64,000 nucleotides of DNA from an uncultured delta proteobacterium. Its GTDB lineage: Bacteria > Myxococcota_A > Polyangia > Polyangiales > Polyangiaceae. Positions 42,305 to 52,153 of the stretch are shown in pieces. The notes beneath the pieces were generated by a model. That model searched no databases, had not been told where the DNA came from, and saw only the letters and a list, made by a program, of their open reading frames with translations. The stretch is from positions 384,001-448,000 of the forward strand of contig CAVOKF010000003.1 in the NCBI GenBank assembly GCA_963696385.1, written 5' to 3'. A program made the position numbers and the translations under genes. The first letter of the stretch is position 1, and the number at the start of each line of letters is the position of its first letter.

Positions 42305-43654
42305 ATGGCGAAGATTCTCATCGTCGACGACCAGCGCAACATGCGCACGACACTCGCGATCATGCTGCGCGAAGCCGGCTACGAAGTCGACGAAGCCGCG
42401 GACGGCGAAGAAGGGACCGATCGAGGCGCGACGGGCGCTTACGATGTGGTGCTCACCGACTTGCGCATGGGCAACAAAGACGGGATCGACGTGTTGCGTT
42501 CGACCAAAGACGCTCACCCGCTTACGGAGGTGATCGTCATGACGGCGTACGGCACGATCGAGAGCGCCGTCGAAGCGATGCGCGTCGGCGCGTACGACTA
42601 CATTCAGAAACCGTTCACGGAGCAAGAGCTGCTCGTGAAGGTCACCAAAGCGGTGGACAACCGCCGCCTCGCGGGCGAAGTCACGTTTCTCGCCAGAGAG
42701 TTCAGGGACCGCTACAAGTTCGAAAACATCATCGGACAGTCGCGCGCTGTCCGCGAGGTACTCGGACGCATCGTACGGGTGGCGCCGACCGATGCCATCG
42801 TGCTCATCACGGGCGAGAGCGGAACCGGCAAAGAGCTCGTAGCGAAAGCGATTCACGCCAACAGCAAGCGCGGCGAGCGCCCCTTCGTGCCCGTCAACTG
42901 CGCAGCCATCACGGAGACGTTGCTCGAGAGCGAGCTGTTCGGTCATGCGAAGGGGTCGTTCACGGGCGCCGTCAGCGCCCGAAAAGGACTGTTCGAGGAA
43001 GCGGATGGAGGCACGTTTTTCTTCGACGAGATTGCCGAAACGCCCATTACGTTCCAGGCGAAGCTGTTGCGCGCGATCCAGGAGAACGAGGTGCGCCGGG
43101 TCGGCGAGAACAAGCCCATCCAGGTGAACGTTCGGGTCATCGCCGCCACCAACCAGGACCTTTTGACCGCCGTGGCCGAGAAGCGCTTCCGGCAGGACCT
43201 CTACTATCGGCTCAACGTCGCCCGCTTTCAATTGCCGCCGCTTCGCGAACGTCGCGAAGACATTCCCGATCTCGTGAATTTTTTTCTCGAGAAGTATGCG
43301 CGCAAGATGGGCGTCAGACCCCGGCTCCACGACAACGTCATGGACGCCCTGACGCCTTATGAATTTCCCGGCAACGTCCGCGAGCTCGAGCACATGATTG
43401 AACAAGCCGTGGCCCTGGTGCAGAACGGAGTCATCACGGCGGATGATCTTCTGCCGCCCGCGCCGAGCACCCCGCTCGCCCCATCCAACATGGGGGGCCG
43501 AGCGCTGGCCGTCGTCGTCGATTCCGCCGAGCGTGCCGCCATCGAGGGAGCCCTTCGCGAGAGCGACGGAAGCCGGGAACGAGCGGCCGATCTTTTGAAC
43601 ATCTCGCCTACGACTCTATGGCGAAAAATGACCCGACTGGGCATCACCTTCTAG
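42305..43654 (+). CDS. NtrC-family sigma54-dependent response regulator
   Basis: REC (VDD, TDLRM, KPF), GESGTGKE, ESELFGH..GSFTGA, FRQDLYYRL, FPGNVREL, Fis-type HTH. Confidence 0.95.
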   Translation: MAKILIVDDQRNMRTTLAIMLREAGYEVDEAADGEEGTDRGATGAYDVVLTDLRMGNKDGIDVLRSTKDAHPLTEVIVMTAYGTIESAVEAMRVGAYDYIQKPFTEQELLVKVTKAVDNRRLAGEVTFLAREFRDRYKFENIIGQSRAVREVLGRIVRVAPTDAIVLITGESGTGKELVAKAIHANSKRGERPFVPVNCAAITETLLESELFGHAKGSFTGAVSARKGLFEEADGGTFFFDEIAETPITFQAKLLRAIQENEVRRVGENKPIQVNVRVIAATNQDLLTAVAEKRFRQDLYYRLNVARFQLPPLRERREDIPDLVNFFLEKYARKMGVRPRLHDNVMDALTPYEFPGNVRELEHMIEQAVALVQNGVITADDLLPPAPSTPLAPSNMGGRALAVVVDSAERAAIEGALRESDGSRERAADLLNISPTTLWRKMTRLGITF

Positions 43655-43975
43655 GGTCCATTCCGCACGTCGTGCGCCAACACTACGTGCAGGCTTTTCC
43701 TGGATCGGCCACGAGCCAGCCGCAGGATGGGCTTTGCGGGTACGGGGCCGGCCCGGAAAGACAAGGCTCGTGGACGGTTTGGCTGCGCAGAAGCACGCCC
43801 GCAGATGGACCGGGGGGGCTTCCGAAGCGGACCCCTCGTTCACCAGCCGACTGACCCGAGCGGTCTGCGGATGTGCTCCAACCGCGTTCCTCGACCTTCT
43901 TTCGTTCACCCATGAAGTGTAGGGTGCAAAGATGAAACGTGATGGTTACATTGGGGACGCTGCTGGGGCGACAAG

Positions 43976-43992
43976 TCCGTGAATTTCACGGA
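43976..43992. promoter_or_regulatory. Perfect 17-bp palindrome TCCGTGAA-T-TTCACGGA, candidate operator
   Basis: 8-bp arms are exact reverse complements; lies 10 nt upstream of the -24 GG. Confidence 0.55.
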
Positions 43993-44001
43993 TGAGTCGC
44001 A

Positions 44002-44017
44002 CGGCATGCACGTTGCT
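44002..44017 (+). promoter_or_regulatory. Sigma54 (-24/-12) promoter CGGCATGCACGTTGCT
   Basis: GG at 44003-44004, 10 nt, GC at 44015-44016; close to YTGGCACG-N4-TTGCW; 70 nt upstream of ATG 44088. Confidence 0.7.
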
Positions 44018-44087
44018 TACGGCCGTACCGGGCACGGAGCGGGTGCCAAACCGTGGACCCCCGGCTCCGCGCCGAAGAATCCGGAAA

Positions 44088-44501
44088 ATGGGTGACCTCT
44101 TGACTCGCCTGCTAGTCGTCGAAGACGATGCCCGTCATGCCCGCGTCGTAGCCATCGGCCTGCGCATCGAGGGGTTTGACGTGGAGGTGACGGCCAACGC
44201 CGACGCGGCCATGCGCCTTCTGTCGACGGAACATTTCGATGTGGCGGTCATCGACCTGATGCTTCCGGGCACCAACGGAATCCAATTGGCTCGGCTGGTC
44301 CGCGAGCTTCATCCGGTGACGCGCGTCGTGCTCACGAGCGCGTACCATCTGAGCGAAAGGCAGCTCATTCGCGCCGATTGCGGTGCGGTCGGGTTCGTGC
44401 CCAAGCCATTCGACCTGAGCGAGCTCGCGCGCTTCCTCAAGAGCAAGTTACCGAATGGGGATCCCGACCGCCCTTTCGCAGCGCCGGGCGCGGCAGCCTA
44501 A
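44088..44501 (+). CDS. Single-domain response regulator (CheY-like)
   Basis: LLVVEDD, IDLMLP, LTSAY, PKPF; no output domain. Confidence 0.9.
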   Translation: MGDLLTRLLVVEDDARHARVVAIGLRIEGFDVEVTANADAAMRLLSTEHFDVAVIDLMLPGTNGIQLARLVRELHPVTRVVLTSAYHLSERQLIRADCGAVGFVPKPFDLSELARFLKSKLPNGDPDRPFAAPGAAA

Positions 44502-44572
44502 CGTAGAGCTTCCCGCGCGACCGGTTCACTTGACGGGTCGCGCCCGTGGCGCCTTGCTAACGCGCGAACCCG

Positions 44573-45679
44573 ATGCGCGTCGACGCGTTCCAGTACGAAC
44601 TGCCGCTCGAGTTGATCGCGCAGCATCCTGCGGAGGATCGCGAGCAGGCGCGACTCATGTTCGTACCCCCTGGGGAGGCTCCGGAGCACCGTCTCATCGC
44701 CGATTGGCCGGATCTCGTTCCGCCGATGGCGCTCGTGGTCCTCAACGACACCCGCGTCATCCCCGCGCGCCTCATCGGACGGAAAAAAGACACCGGTGGC
44801 CGCGTCGAGATCTTGCTCGTGCGGTTCAGCGAGGAGCGCGAAATTCTGGTCGGGCCTGGCGAAGCTCGCGTCGCGAAAGTCTGGGAAGCGCGCGGAAAGG
44901 CCGCCAAGCCACTCAAGCCGGGCACCGACGTCGAAGTCTTGCGGCGCGACGATGCGGCGCGGCCGGCGCTCATCGCCCGATTGCTCAGACGGGCCGACGA
45001 CGGGTTGCTCGAGGTCGCCCTTTGGGCCCCCGATGGCGCACCCTTTGACGATGCGCTCCGCTGTTGCGGACGCGTGCCGCTGCCCCCTTACATTCGTAGA
45101 GCGGAAGGGCCGGACGACGGGAACCGGTATCAGACGGTCTACGCGCGCTGCGATGGTGCCGTCGCGGCGCCCACAGCCGGTCTTCACGTCACGAACGCTT
45201 CCCTGAAGCGGCTCGCCGCACGAGGCTGCGAGGTCGCATGCATCACTTTGCATGTCGGTCTGGGGACGTTTCAGCCGGTGCGGGTCGACGACCTCGACCA
45301 GCACCCGATGCACTCGGAACGGTACGTCGTGCCCCGGTCGACGGCGGAAGCCATCGCCCGAGCCCGGAGCCGCGGTGCTCCGGTCTTCGCCGTGGGCACG
45401 ACTACGGCTCGCGCACTCGAGAGCGCGGCGGATTGGAGTCGGCCAGGCGGAGTTCGCGCCGCGATCGACGAGACGCGCTTGCTCATCCAACCGGGCTACG
45501 CGTGGCAGGTCGTCGATGGCCTGCTCACCAACTTTCACCTGCCCCGTTCGACGCTGCTCGCCCTCGTCTGCGCGTTCGCCGGGACCGCTCCCGTGCTCGA
45601 CGCCTACCGTCTCGCCGTCCGTGAGCGCTACCGGTTCTTCTCGTACGGCGACGCGATGCTCCTACGGAGGAGCAGGTGA
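44573..45679 (+). CDS. queA: S-adenosylmethionine:tRNA ribosyltransferase-isomerase
   Basis: LIAQHP, NDTRVIPARL, PLPPYI, YQTVYA, AAPTAGLH, LHVGLGTF, TNFHLP, RFFSYGD. Confidence 0.96.
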   Translation: MRVDAFQYELPLELIAQHPAEDREQARLMFVPPGEAPEHRLIADWPDLVPPMALVVLNDTRVIPARLIGRKKDTGGRVEILLVRFSEEREILVGPGEARVAKVWEARGKAAKPLKPGTDVEVLRRDDAARPALIARLLRRADDGLLEVALWAPDGAPFDDALRCCGRVPLPPYIRRAEGPDDGNRYQTVYARCDGAVAAPTAGLHVTNASLKRLAARGCEVACITLHVGLGTFQPVRVDDLDQHPMHSERYVVPRSTAEAIARARSRGAPVFAVGTTTARALESAADWSRPGGVRAAIDETRLLIQPGYAWQVVDGLLTNFHLPRSTLLALVCAFAGTAPVLDAYRLAVRERYRFFSYGDAMLLRRSR

Positions 45680-46839
45680 CTCCAACCACTGCGGGGTTCG
45701 GATTTCGGGTGCTCGCTGTCGACGGTCCGGCCCGACGCGCGGTGTTGCGAACCGCTCACGGGGTCGTCGACACGCCCGCCTTCATGCCGGTCGGTACCCA
45801 GGGAAGCGTCAAGACTCTGTCTCCCGACGAGGTCGCTTCAACCGGCGCGCGCATCGTGCTCGGCAACACTTACCACCTCATGCTCCGCCCCGGTGCCGAT
45901 ACGATTGCGACGCTCGGCGGACTTCACGCGTTCACTCGTTGGCCGCACACCATGCTGACCGATTCGGGGGGGTTTCAGGCGTACTCCCTCTCGACCTCGC
46001 CTCCGGGAGCCCGCGGGACGGCTCCGCTGGTCCGCGCCACCGAGGACGGGTTCGCCTTCAAGTCGCACATCGACGGTTCGGCTCACGCGCTCACCCCCGA
46101 GAGCGCGGTTGGCGTGCAAGCCCAGCTTGGCGCCGACATCCAGATGCCGCTCGATGTTTGCCCGCCGGGCGACGCATCCCGCGAGATCGTCGAGCAAGCG
46201 GTTGCCCGGACGACGCGTTGGGCCAAGCGGGCCCTTGCCGTCCCACGTCCACGTGGACAAGCGCTCTTCGGGATCGTCCAGGGCGGCTGCTTCGCGGACT
46301 TGCGCCGCGCGCACGCCGACGAGCTCGGGGCCTTGCCCTTCGACGGACTTGCGCTCGGCGGGTTCTCGGTCGGCGAATCGATCGACCAAATGCACGAGGC
46401 GGTCGGCGCCGTTGCATCCCGGCTCGACGCAGAGCGGCCCCGATATCTGATGGGGGTCGGCTCGCCTCGCGACCTCGTGCTGGCCATCGGCGCGGGCATC
46501 GACCTCTTCGACTGCGTCTTGCCGACGCGCAATGCGCGCAACGGCCAGGCGCTCACGCGCAACGGGCGGATCGTCGTGAAACAGGCGCGATGGCGGGACG
46601 ATCCGCGCCCAATTGACGAGCGCTGCGCTTGCGCCTGCTGCGCGGGAGGCTTTTCGCGCGGCTACCTCCGGCATCTGTACCTCGCACGCGAGATTCTCGT
46701 TTTGCGGCTTCTGTCGCTCCACAACCTTCATTGGTACGGCGAGCTCACGCGCGATGCGCGATCGGCCATCGAGAGCGGGCGGTATGTCGCGTGGTCCCAT
46801 AGGGTTCTGGCCGACCTGGCGGGCGACGGATCCGGGTGA
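45676..46839 (+). CDS. tgt: tRNA-guanine(34) transglycosylase
   Basis: FMPVGT, NTYHL, TDSGGFQ, GIVQGG, YLMGVG, DCVLPTRNAR, CxCxxC...H zinc site. Confidence 0.96.
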   Translation: MTPTTAGFGFRVLAVDGPARRAVLRTAHGVVDTPAFMPVGTQGSVKTLSPDEVASTGARIVLGNTYHLMLRPGADTIATLGGLHAFTRWPHTMLTDSGGFQAYSLSTSPPGARGTAPLVRATEDGFAFKSHIDGSAHALTPESAVGVQAQLGADIQMPLDVCPPGDASREIVEQAVARTTRWAKRALAVPRPRGQALFGIVQGGCFADLRRAHADELGALPFDGLALGGFSVGESIDQMHEAVGAVASRLDAERPRYLMGVGSPRDLVLAIGAGIDLFDCVLPTRNARNGQALTRNGRIVVKQARWRDDPRPIDERCACACCAGGFSRGYLRHLYLAREILVLRLLSLHNLHWYGELTRDARSAIESGRYVAWSHRVLADLAGDGSG

Positions 46840-46884
46840 CGGCAAACGTCGGCCCGCGTACCCTGGCTGAAGAGCTCGGGATTC

Positions 46885-48531
46885 ATGTCCAGCGACGAGA
46901 AGCGGCCGATCGGAAAGATACTTCTGCAGCGCAAACTCGTTTCGCAGAGTGAGCTCGACGCGTCTTTGCGAACCCAACGCACGTCGGACAAGCCTGCGCC
47001 CCTGGCCTCGCAGCTGGTCGAAGAAGGCAAGATCGACGAGGTCGAGGCACTCCGCGCGCTGTCGGAGCAACATGGCGTGCCCGGCATCGATCTCTCGCAG
47101 GTCGCCATCGTGCTCGATCAGTTGCACGTCGTGCCACGAGAGCTCGCCGAGACGCACCGCATTTTGCCGGTACTCGTCCGAGGTGACCGAATCTTTCTGG
47201 CGATGGGGGACCCTCACGGCAAGCGTGTCATCGATGAGCTCGAGTTCGTGACCGGCAAGAAGGTCTACGCCTACATCGCCATGCACACTACGCTGATGAA
47301 GACCATCGGCCTGGCTTACGATGCCAAGGAACGTGGGGAGCGTCACTACCTCGGGCCGCGCGTTCCGGACGAGACCCTCCGGCAGCTGGGGCTCGTTGCC
47401 GCGAGCCCGCAACGGGATCCGCCGGCCATGCCGCCGCCGCTGCCGAGCCCCGGTACCGCCGCCGGCAAACCCGCCGCGCCGCCCCGGCCCGGCGCGCCCG
47501 CGCCTGCGCCTGCGCCTTTAGCCAAGCCAGCGAAGCCTCCTCCGCTTCGTCCACCGCCTCCGTTGCCCGCGGCGTTGGCGGAACCGCCCAAGCCCCCCTT
47601 GGTCGTCGACGAGGCGGTCGCATCCGCTGCGGAAAGGTCCGAGCTGTCGACGGCGGAATTCGGCATCGTCGACGGCGAAGTTTCGAGCGTAAGCAATCTG
47701 CCCGAGGACATGCGGGCGGGCTCATCGCGAGCCGCTACGGCGACGGCGTTGGGATCGGGAGCGGGCAAGCTCATTCTCGTGGTCGACGACGAAGAGGAGA
47801 TTCGAAAGCTTCTCAAACGACTGCTCACCCAAAAAGGGCACCGCGTCATCGAGGCCGATCGAGGGTTGCTCGCGCTGCGACTCGTCAAGGATCACGTGCC
47901 GGACCTCATCCTGCTCGACGCGATGCTGCCGGAGCTGCACGGCTTCGACATCGCCCGACGCATCAAGGGAAGCGCCAAGTACGGCAGCATCCCGATCATC
48001 ATGATGAGCGCCGTGTACAGAGGCTGGCGCATCGCAGAAGACTTGAAGCAAAACTACGGAATCGAAGAATATCTGGAAAAGCCGTTTCGCATTTCGGACG
48101 TGCTCGAGATGGTTCAACGCTTGCTCACGCGCGTGCAAGGCGCCGCGGACGGGCGGGACCCGGAGTACCTCTCGGCTGAGGCGGAAAAGGCGCTGCGCGA
48201 CGGAGTGGCCGCGTACCAGGTCGGTCAGATCGACCAGGCCATCGAACATCTGAAGCATGGAGTGTCCATTGATCCGCTCGCCTACCGGCTCCGCTTTCAT
48301 TTGGCCCTTCTCTACGGAAAGAAGGGCCAGGTGTACGAGGGGATTCAGGAACTCGAACGCGCCGTGGATCTCAATCCACGGCATTTCGCGGCACTGAAGA
48401 ACCTTGCCGTCCTGTACGAGAAGGCGGGATTCAAGAACAAGGCCGTGGAAATGTGGGAGCGGTGCGTAGCGGCAGCTCCCGATGAGGGCACGCGAAAATC
48501 CATCCGCGAGCGCTTGCACCAGCTGATCTGA
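46885..48531 (+). CDS. MshEN/T2SSE_N + receiver + TPR signalling protein
   Basis: N-terminal PIGKILLQRKLVSQSELDASLRTQ...LAMGDP; Pro linker; REC (VDDE, LDAMLP, KPF); C-terminal TPRs. Confidence 0.85.
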   Translation: MSSDEKRPIGKILLQRKLVSQSELDASLRTQRTSDKPAPLASQLVEEGKIDEVEALRALSEQHGVPGIDLSQVAIVLDQLHVVPRELAETHRILPVLVRGDRIFLAMGDPHGKRVIDELEFVTGKKVYAYIAMHTTLMKTIGLAYDAKERGERHYLGPRVPDETLRQLGLVAASPQRDPPAMPPPLPSPGTAAGKPAAPPRPGAPAPAPAPLAKPAKPPPLRPPPPLPAALAEPPKPPLVVDEAVASAAERSELSTAEFGIVDGEVSSVSNLPEDMRAGSSRAATATALGSGAGKLILVVDDEEEIRKLLKRLLTQKGHRVIEADRGLLALRLVKDHVPDLILLDAMLPELHGFDIARRIKGSAKYGSIPIIMMSAVYRGWRIAEDLKQNYGIEEYLEKPFRISDVLEMVQRLLTRVQGAADGRDPEYLSAEAEKALRDGVAAYQVGQIDQAIEHLKHGVSIDPLAYRLRFHLALLYGKKGQVYEGIQELERAVDLNPRHFAALKNLAVLYEKAGFKNKAVEMWERCVAAAPDEGTRKSIRERLHQLI

Positions 48532-48587
48532 GCACTCGCGAATGCCACCCGTTCCCTGCTAACGTAGTGCGGTCGAGGACCGTCGGC

Positions 48588-50165
48588 GTGAAGTTCCTCT
48601 GCGATCAATGCAAGGCCAAGTACCAAATCGCCGACGAGAAGGTCGTCGGCAAGACGGTACGAATGAAGTGCCGCAAGTGTGGCCACCTGATCGAGGTGCG
48701 TGCCGCCGTCACTGAGTCCAGCGTCGCGAGTGTTCCTCCGGCTGGCCCGCCGTCGGCCAGTGGACGGCCTGCGTCGAGGCCGCCGAAGCCGGCCCCCCCT
48801 CGATCCACGTCGCTGACGGCAAGTTTCACTTCGGCACGGTCTGCCGCGCCGAAGCCTGACCGTCTTCCGGGCGCACTGGCGGGGGCCTTCAAGACGACGG
48901 TGCAGCGCGAGGAAGAGGTGTCGGCACCGTTCGACATGTCGGAGGTCTCGCCGAACGACGACTGGTACGTCGCCGTCAACGGCGTCCCCGTAGGACCCGT
49001 CCGCGTTGGCGAGATCCGTCGCAAGGCATCGCTGGGCGCCGTGAACGAGGACTCACTCGTCTGGCAGGAAGGATTGGACGAGTGGCGGCCCCTCCGTTCG
49101 TTTCCGGAGCTTGCTGCCATCGTTCGGCAGGCCGTGTTGGGAGCGCGCCCCTCGCTGCCGCCTCCACCGCCCGAGACACGCGGCAGTCATCCGCCTCCCG
49201 GGCGTCCTCTCTCTACGCGGCCGCCGGCACCGAGCGCCACGGCAAGGGCGGCCATGCTGCCGCGTGCCGCGCCGATCGGAGCTCCGCCTCGAAGCAACGT
49301 GGTTCCGATTACGTCGCGGTTGGCGACGGCCGAAAGGCTCGCCACGCCACTCCCGGGCCCCGCCAGCCCTGGACCGGGTGCCGCGTCCCCTCTCGCCGCC
49401 GAAAGGCACGCGGTCGCCGCGATCGCCCCCGATCCTTTCTCCTTTCCGGCCGCTCCGCCGAACGCACCGCTAGCCGTCTCGGGCGATAGCGCGGCATCGG
49501 TTCCTTCCTCCGCGGAGCGCAGCCGACGGGCCGTACCGTGGATGCCCATCGCGATGGTCGCCGCCGCGGGGGCCTTCGGTATCACGGCAGCCATCTCGAT
49601 TTTCCTGCGGCCTGCAACGCCCTCCCCGCAGCCGATGGCCGCCGCTCAGGCCCCCATCGCGACGGCCGCACCACCGACTGCACCCATCGCCCCGGCGGAA
49701 TCATCCGATCCGCCGACCATCGCTGCGCCTCCGACCAAAGCGCAAGTTGCGTGGACCGGCGCGCACGCCTCATCGAGCTCCAGCGCATCCAACGGGCGCT
49801 CTCTCGATCTGCACGGGCTGACGCAGAGCGCGCCCGTGGCACTCGGCGACGATCCGGGCATCGGCGCCGGAGCGGCCGCGGCGGGCCAGTGCCTCTCCCA
49901 AGGTCAAATTCTCCAGGTCATCGGTCAGCATCAGGTGGCCGTCCGCCGGCTGTGTTGGGACCGCAATCCGACCGCCAGACCCTCGGTCGGTATCGCCGTT
50001 TCGATGACGGTCGCGCCGGACGGCACGACGCAAAGCGTGTCCGCGTCCGGCGATGACACAGCGGTGGCCAAGTGCATCGAGAACGACATCCGAAGCAACT
50101 GGCGCTTCGGGAGCGTCGGCTGCTCGCAGCGGATCAGCATCCCGTTCAAGTTCGTCCGACAGTGA
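48588..50165 (+). CDS. Zinc-ribbon + GYF_2 + TM + TonB_C-like protein (GltJ/AgmX-like)
   Basis: CDQC.AKYQI.DEKV...CRKC, WYVAVNG..VGP...LVWQEGLDEW, TM, C-terminal C...VAKCI..WRF...PFKF domain. Confidence 0.8.
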   Translation: MKFLCDQCKAKYQIADEKVVGKTVRMKCRKCGHLIEVRAAVTESSVASVPPAGPPSASGRPASRPPKPAPPRSTSLTASFTSARSAAPKPDRLPGALAGAFKTTVQREEEVSAPFDMSEVSPNDDWYVAVNGVPVGPVRVGEIRRKASLGAVNEDSLVWQEGLDEWRPLRSFPELAAIVRQAVLGARPSLPPPPPETRGSHPPPGRPLSTRPPAPSATARAAMLPRAAPIGAPPRSNVVPITSRLATAERLATPLPGPASPGPGAASPLAAERHAVAAIAPDPFSFPAAPPNAPLAVSGDSAASVPSSAERSRRAVPWMPIAMVAAAGAFGITAAISIFLRPATPSPQPMAAAQAPIATAAPPTAPIAPAESSDPPTIAAPPTKAQVAWTGAHASSSSSASNGRSLDLHGLTQSAPVALGDDPGIGAGAAAAGQCLSQGQILQVIGQHQVAVRRLCWDRNPTARPSVGIAVSMTVAPDGTTQSVSASGDDTAVAKCIENDIRSNWRFGSVGCSQRISIPFKFVRQ

Positions 50166-50261
50166 TCTCCGGGCCAGTCAGCGGACGCCATCCACCAAGA
50201 CGACGGGCTAAAGGGATTCGGGTTCCTCGCGAACGTGTTCCTCGCTACAAGGAGACCCGAG

Positions 50262-51080
50262 ATGGACAAGACTCGTGTTCGGGTGTTCATGAGTCTCTGC
50301 ATGCCTGCGCTCGTCGCTTTCGCAGGGGCATGTCGATCGAGCACCACCGTTCCGGCCAACGCCCCGGCGACCACGGCGGCGGGAGCCGCCGCGGCTTACC
50401 CGGCGCCGCCGCCCGGCTACCCGGGGGCTTACCCCACGACGTCCTCGATCGGGGCTCCCGCATCCGTCGCATCGGGGTACGCACCTCAGCCTGGTTTGGC
50501 CCCGCTGCCGCCAACCGCCCCGCTACCGGGCTACCCTACCGCACAGCCCCCGCCAACGGCGACGGCCGCATCGAGTGCGTCTCCAGTCGCCTCTTCGGGG
50601 CCTCTCGCCCCGGCGGACCCGAACACGTTGCAGGCGATCTTGGCCGGAATCCAAGGCGCGCTGCAGGGAACGCTCGTACTGCCGGGATCGCTGCCGGCCG
50701 ACGGTACCGAGGCGGGGCTAAAGGCGCGGGCGCTTCGCTTGGCGCCGGGTATGCAGCCGGAAGGCGAGCAGCTCAAACAGAACCTGACCGAAGGCCAGCA
50801 CGCGGTGATGATCGTCACGCTGCAGGCGGGCAAGTGCTACTCCATTCTTGGATACTCGCCGCCGGGCGGGGTGAAGGACCTGGACCTCAACCTGCTCGCG
50901 CCGCCGTTTTTCTTGACCCTCGCCGGGCAGGACCTGACGCACAACAGCGCGCCATCGATCGGCGCCGCGCCGAACCCGATGTGCCCGGTCATCGCGTTCC
51001 CGTTGCAGTATAAGCTCGATGTCTTTGCCCGACTCGGATCCGGCCAAGTTGCCGTCCAGCTCTATTCCAAGGCGAAGTAA
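50262..51080 (+). CDS. Hypothetical lipoprotein with Pro/Tyr-rich linker and C-terminal beta-sandwich-like domain
   Basis: Lipobox AGAC; YP-rich stretch; LQAGKCY...DLDLNL...MCP...VAVQLYSK. Confidence 0.7.
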   Translation: MDKTRVRVFMSLCMPALVAFAGACRSSTTVPANAPATTAAGAAAAYPAPPPGYPGAYPTTSSIGAPASVASGYAPQPGLAPLPPTAPLPGYPTAQPPPTATAASSASPVASSGPLAPADPNTLQAILAGIQGALQGTLVLPGSLPADGTEAGLKARALRLAPGMQPEGEQLKQNLTEGQHAVMIVTLQAGKCYSILGYSPPGGVKDLDLNLLAPPFFLTLAGQDLTHNSAPSIGAAPNPMCPVIAFPLQYKLDVFARLGSGQVAVQLYSKAK

Positions 51081-51209
51081 AGTCGCCGACGGCAGGCGGC
51101 CGCTTTAGCGGCAATGCGACTCACGCGGGCCGAAACACCCGCGAGGGCCTCGGGGGGGCACGCCTCGCGCTATCGGCAACGTTGCGGGCACGGAGGCCGA
51201 CAGGGCGGA

Positions 51210-52135
51210 GTGACGGCTCTGCACGAAATCACGCGGCTCGAATCCAGCCTATCCCTCTCGCTTGCGCCGGGATTCCCGAGCGCCACCGTGCATTTTTTTT
51301 CGGGGCGGACGCCTGGAGGCCGAGCACGCGGTCGCCGTGGTGGGCGCCCGTAACGCGACCCGCGACGCAATTCGCTTCGCCGAAAGGCTTTGCGCTGGCC
51401 TGGTTCGGGCCGGCGCAGTCGTCGTGTCCGGGGGGGCGCTGGGCATCGACGCCGCCGCGCATCGAGCTGCGATCCATGCCGGTGGCCGGACATGGGTCAT
51501 CGCGGGGACGGGACCGGATAGGTGCTATCCATCGGATCACGCTGAACTTTTCGATACAATCGGCGCGGGCCCCGGCGCGATGGTCTGGCTGTTCGGGCCC
51601 GGTCCTCTTCCGCGCAGCTCATTTCTCACCCGAAATCGCGTCCTCGTCGCCCTCGCCGACGCGGTGGTCGTCGTTCAGGCAGGCCTTCCGTCCGGAGCGC
51701 TTCATGCGGCATCGTGGGCCCGACGGTTGCAGAAGCCGTTGTGGGTCGTCCCGGCCGCGCCCTGGTCGAAGGGGTTCGAGGGATCGATGCGCCTGCTCGG
51801 CGAGGGGGCAAAGCCCCTCACTTGGCCGGCCGAACTGCTCGCGTCGTTGAATCTGCAAGCCGTTGACGGGCTCGTGCATCCGGCCGAGGAAACGGGAAAC
51901 AATCGCGATCATCCCCGACACAAGCAAGCATTTTCATCCAATGAGATCCATATATTAGACGTCCTGTCGAATGTTTCACTTCACATCGACGCCATCGCGG
52001 CTCGGAGTGGCGAGTCGGCCTCAGCGGTCGCGGCGGCGCTCTTGACGCTGGTCTTGGAGAACGTAGTAGTAGAGTCCCCGCCCGGCTTCTTCCGCCGACG
52101 AGATTCCCGGGAACGGGTCCGGTTCGGCGGCCTAA
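51210..52135 (+). CDS. dprA: DNA processing protein DprA (about 307 aa after removing two extra bases)
   Basis: VAVVGAR, VSGGALGIDAAAH, RNRVL, SGAL, C-terminal wHTH. Deleting one A at 51241/2 restores the N-terminal DPAYPSRL; deleting one T at 52104/5 gives TAA at 52133-52135. Lies upstream of topA. Confidence 0.9.
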
Positions 52136-52153
52136 GTGAAGGAAAAGCTCCTG

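Noticed and set aside
42930..42970. GSFTGA instead of GAFTGA as a sign of an inactive activator
   Set aside because: GSFTGA is a common functional variant.
40247..43405. 1052-aa antisense ORF, and similar ones such as 52254-54818 and 15329-17344
   Set aside because: Antisense to well-supported genes; long stop-free shadow frames are expected at high GC.
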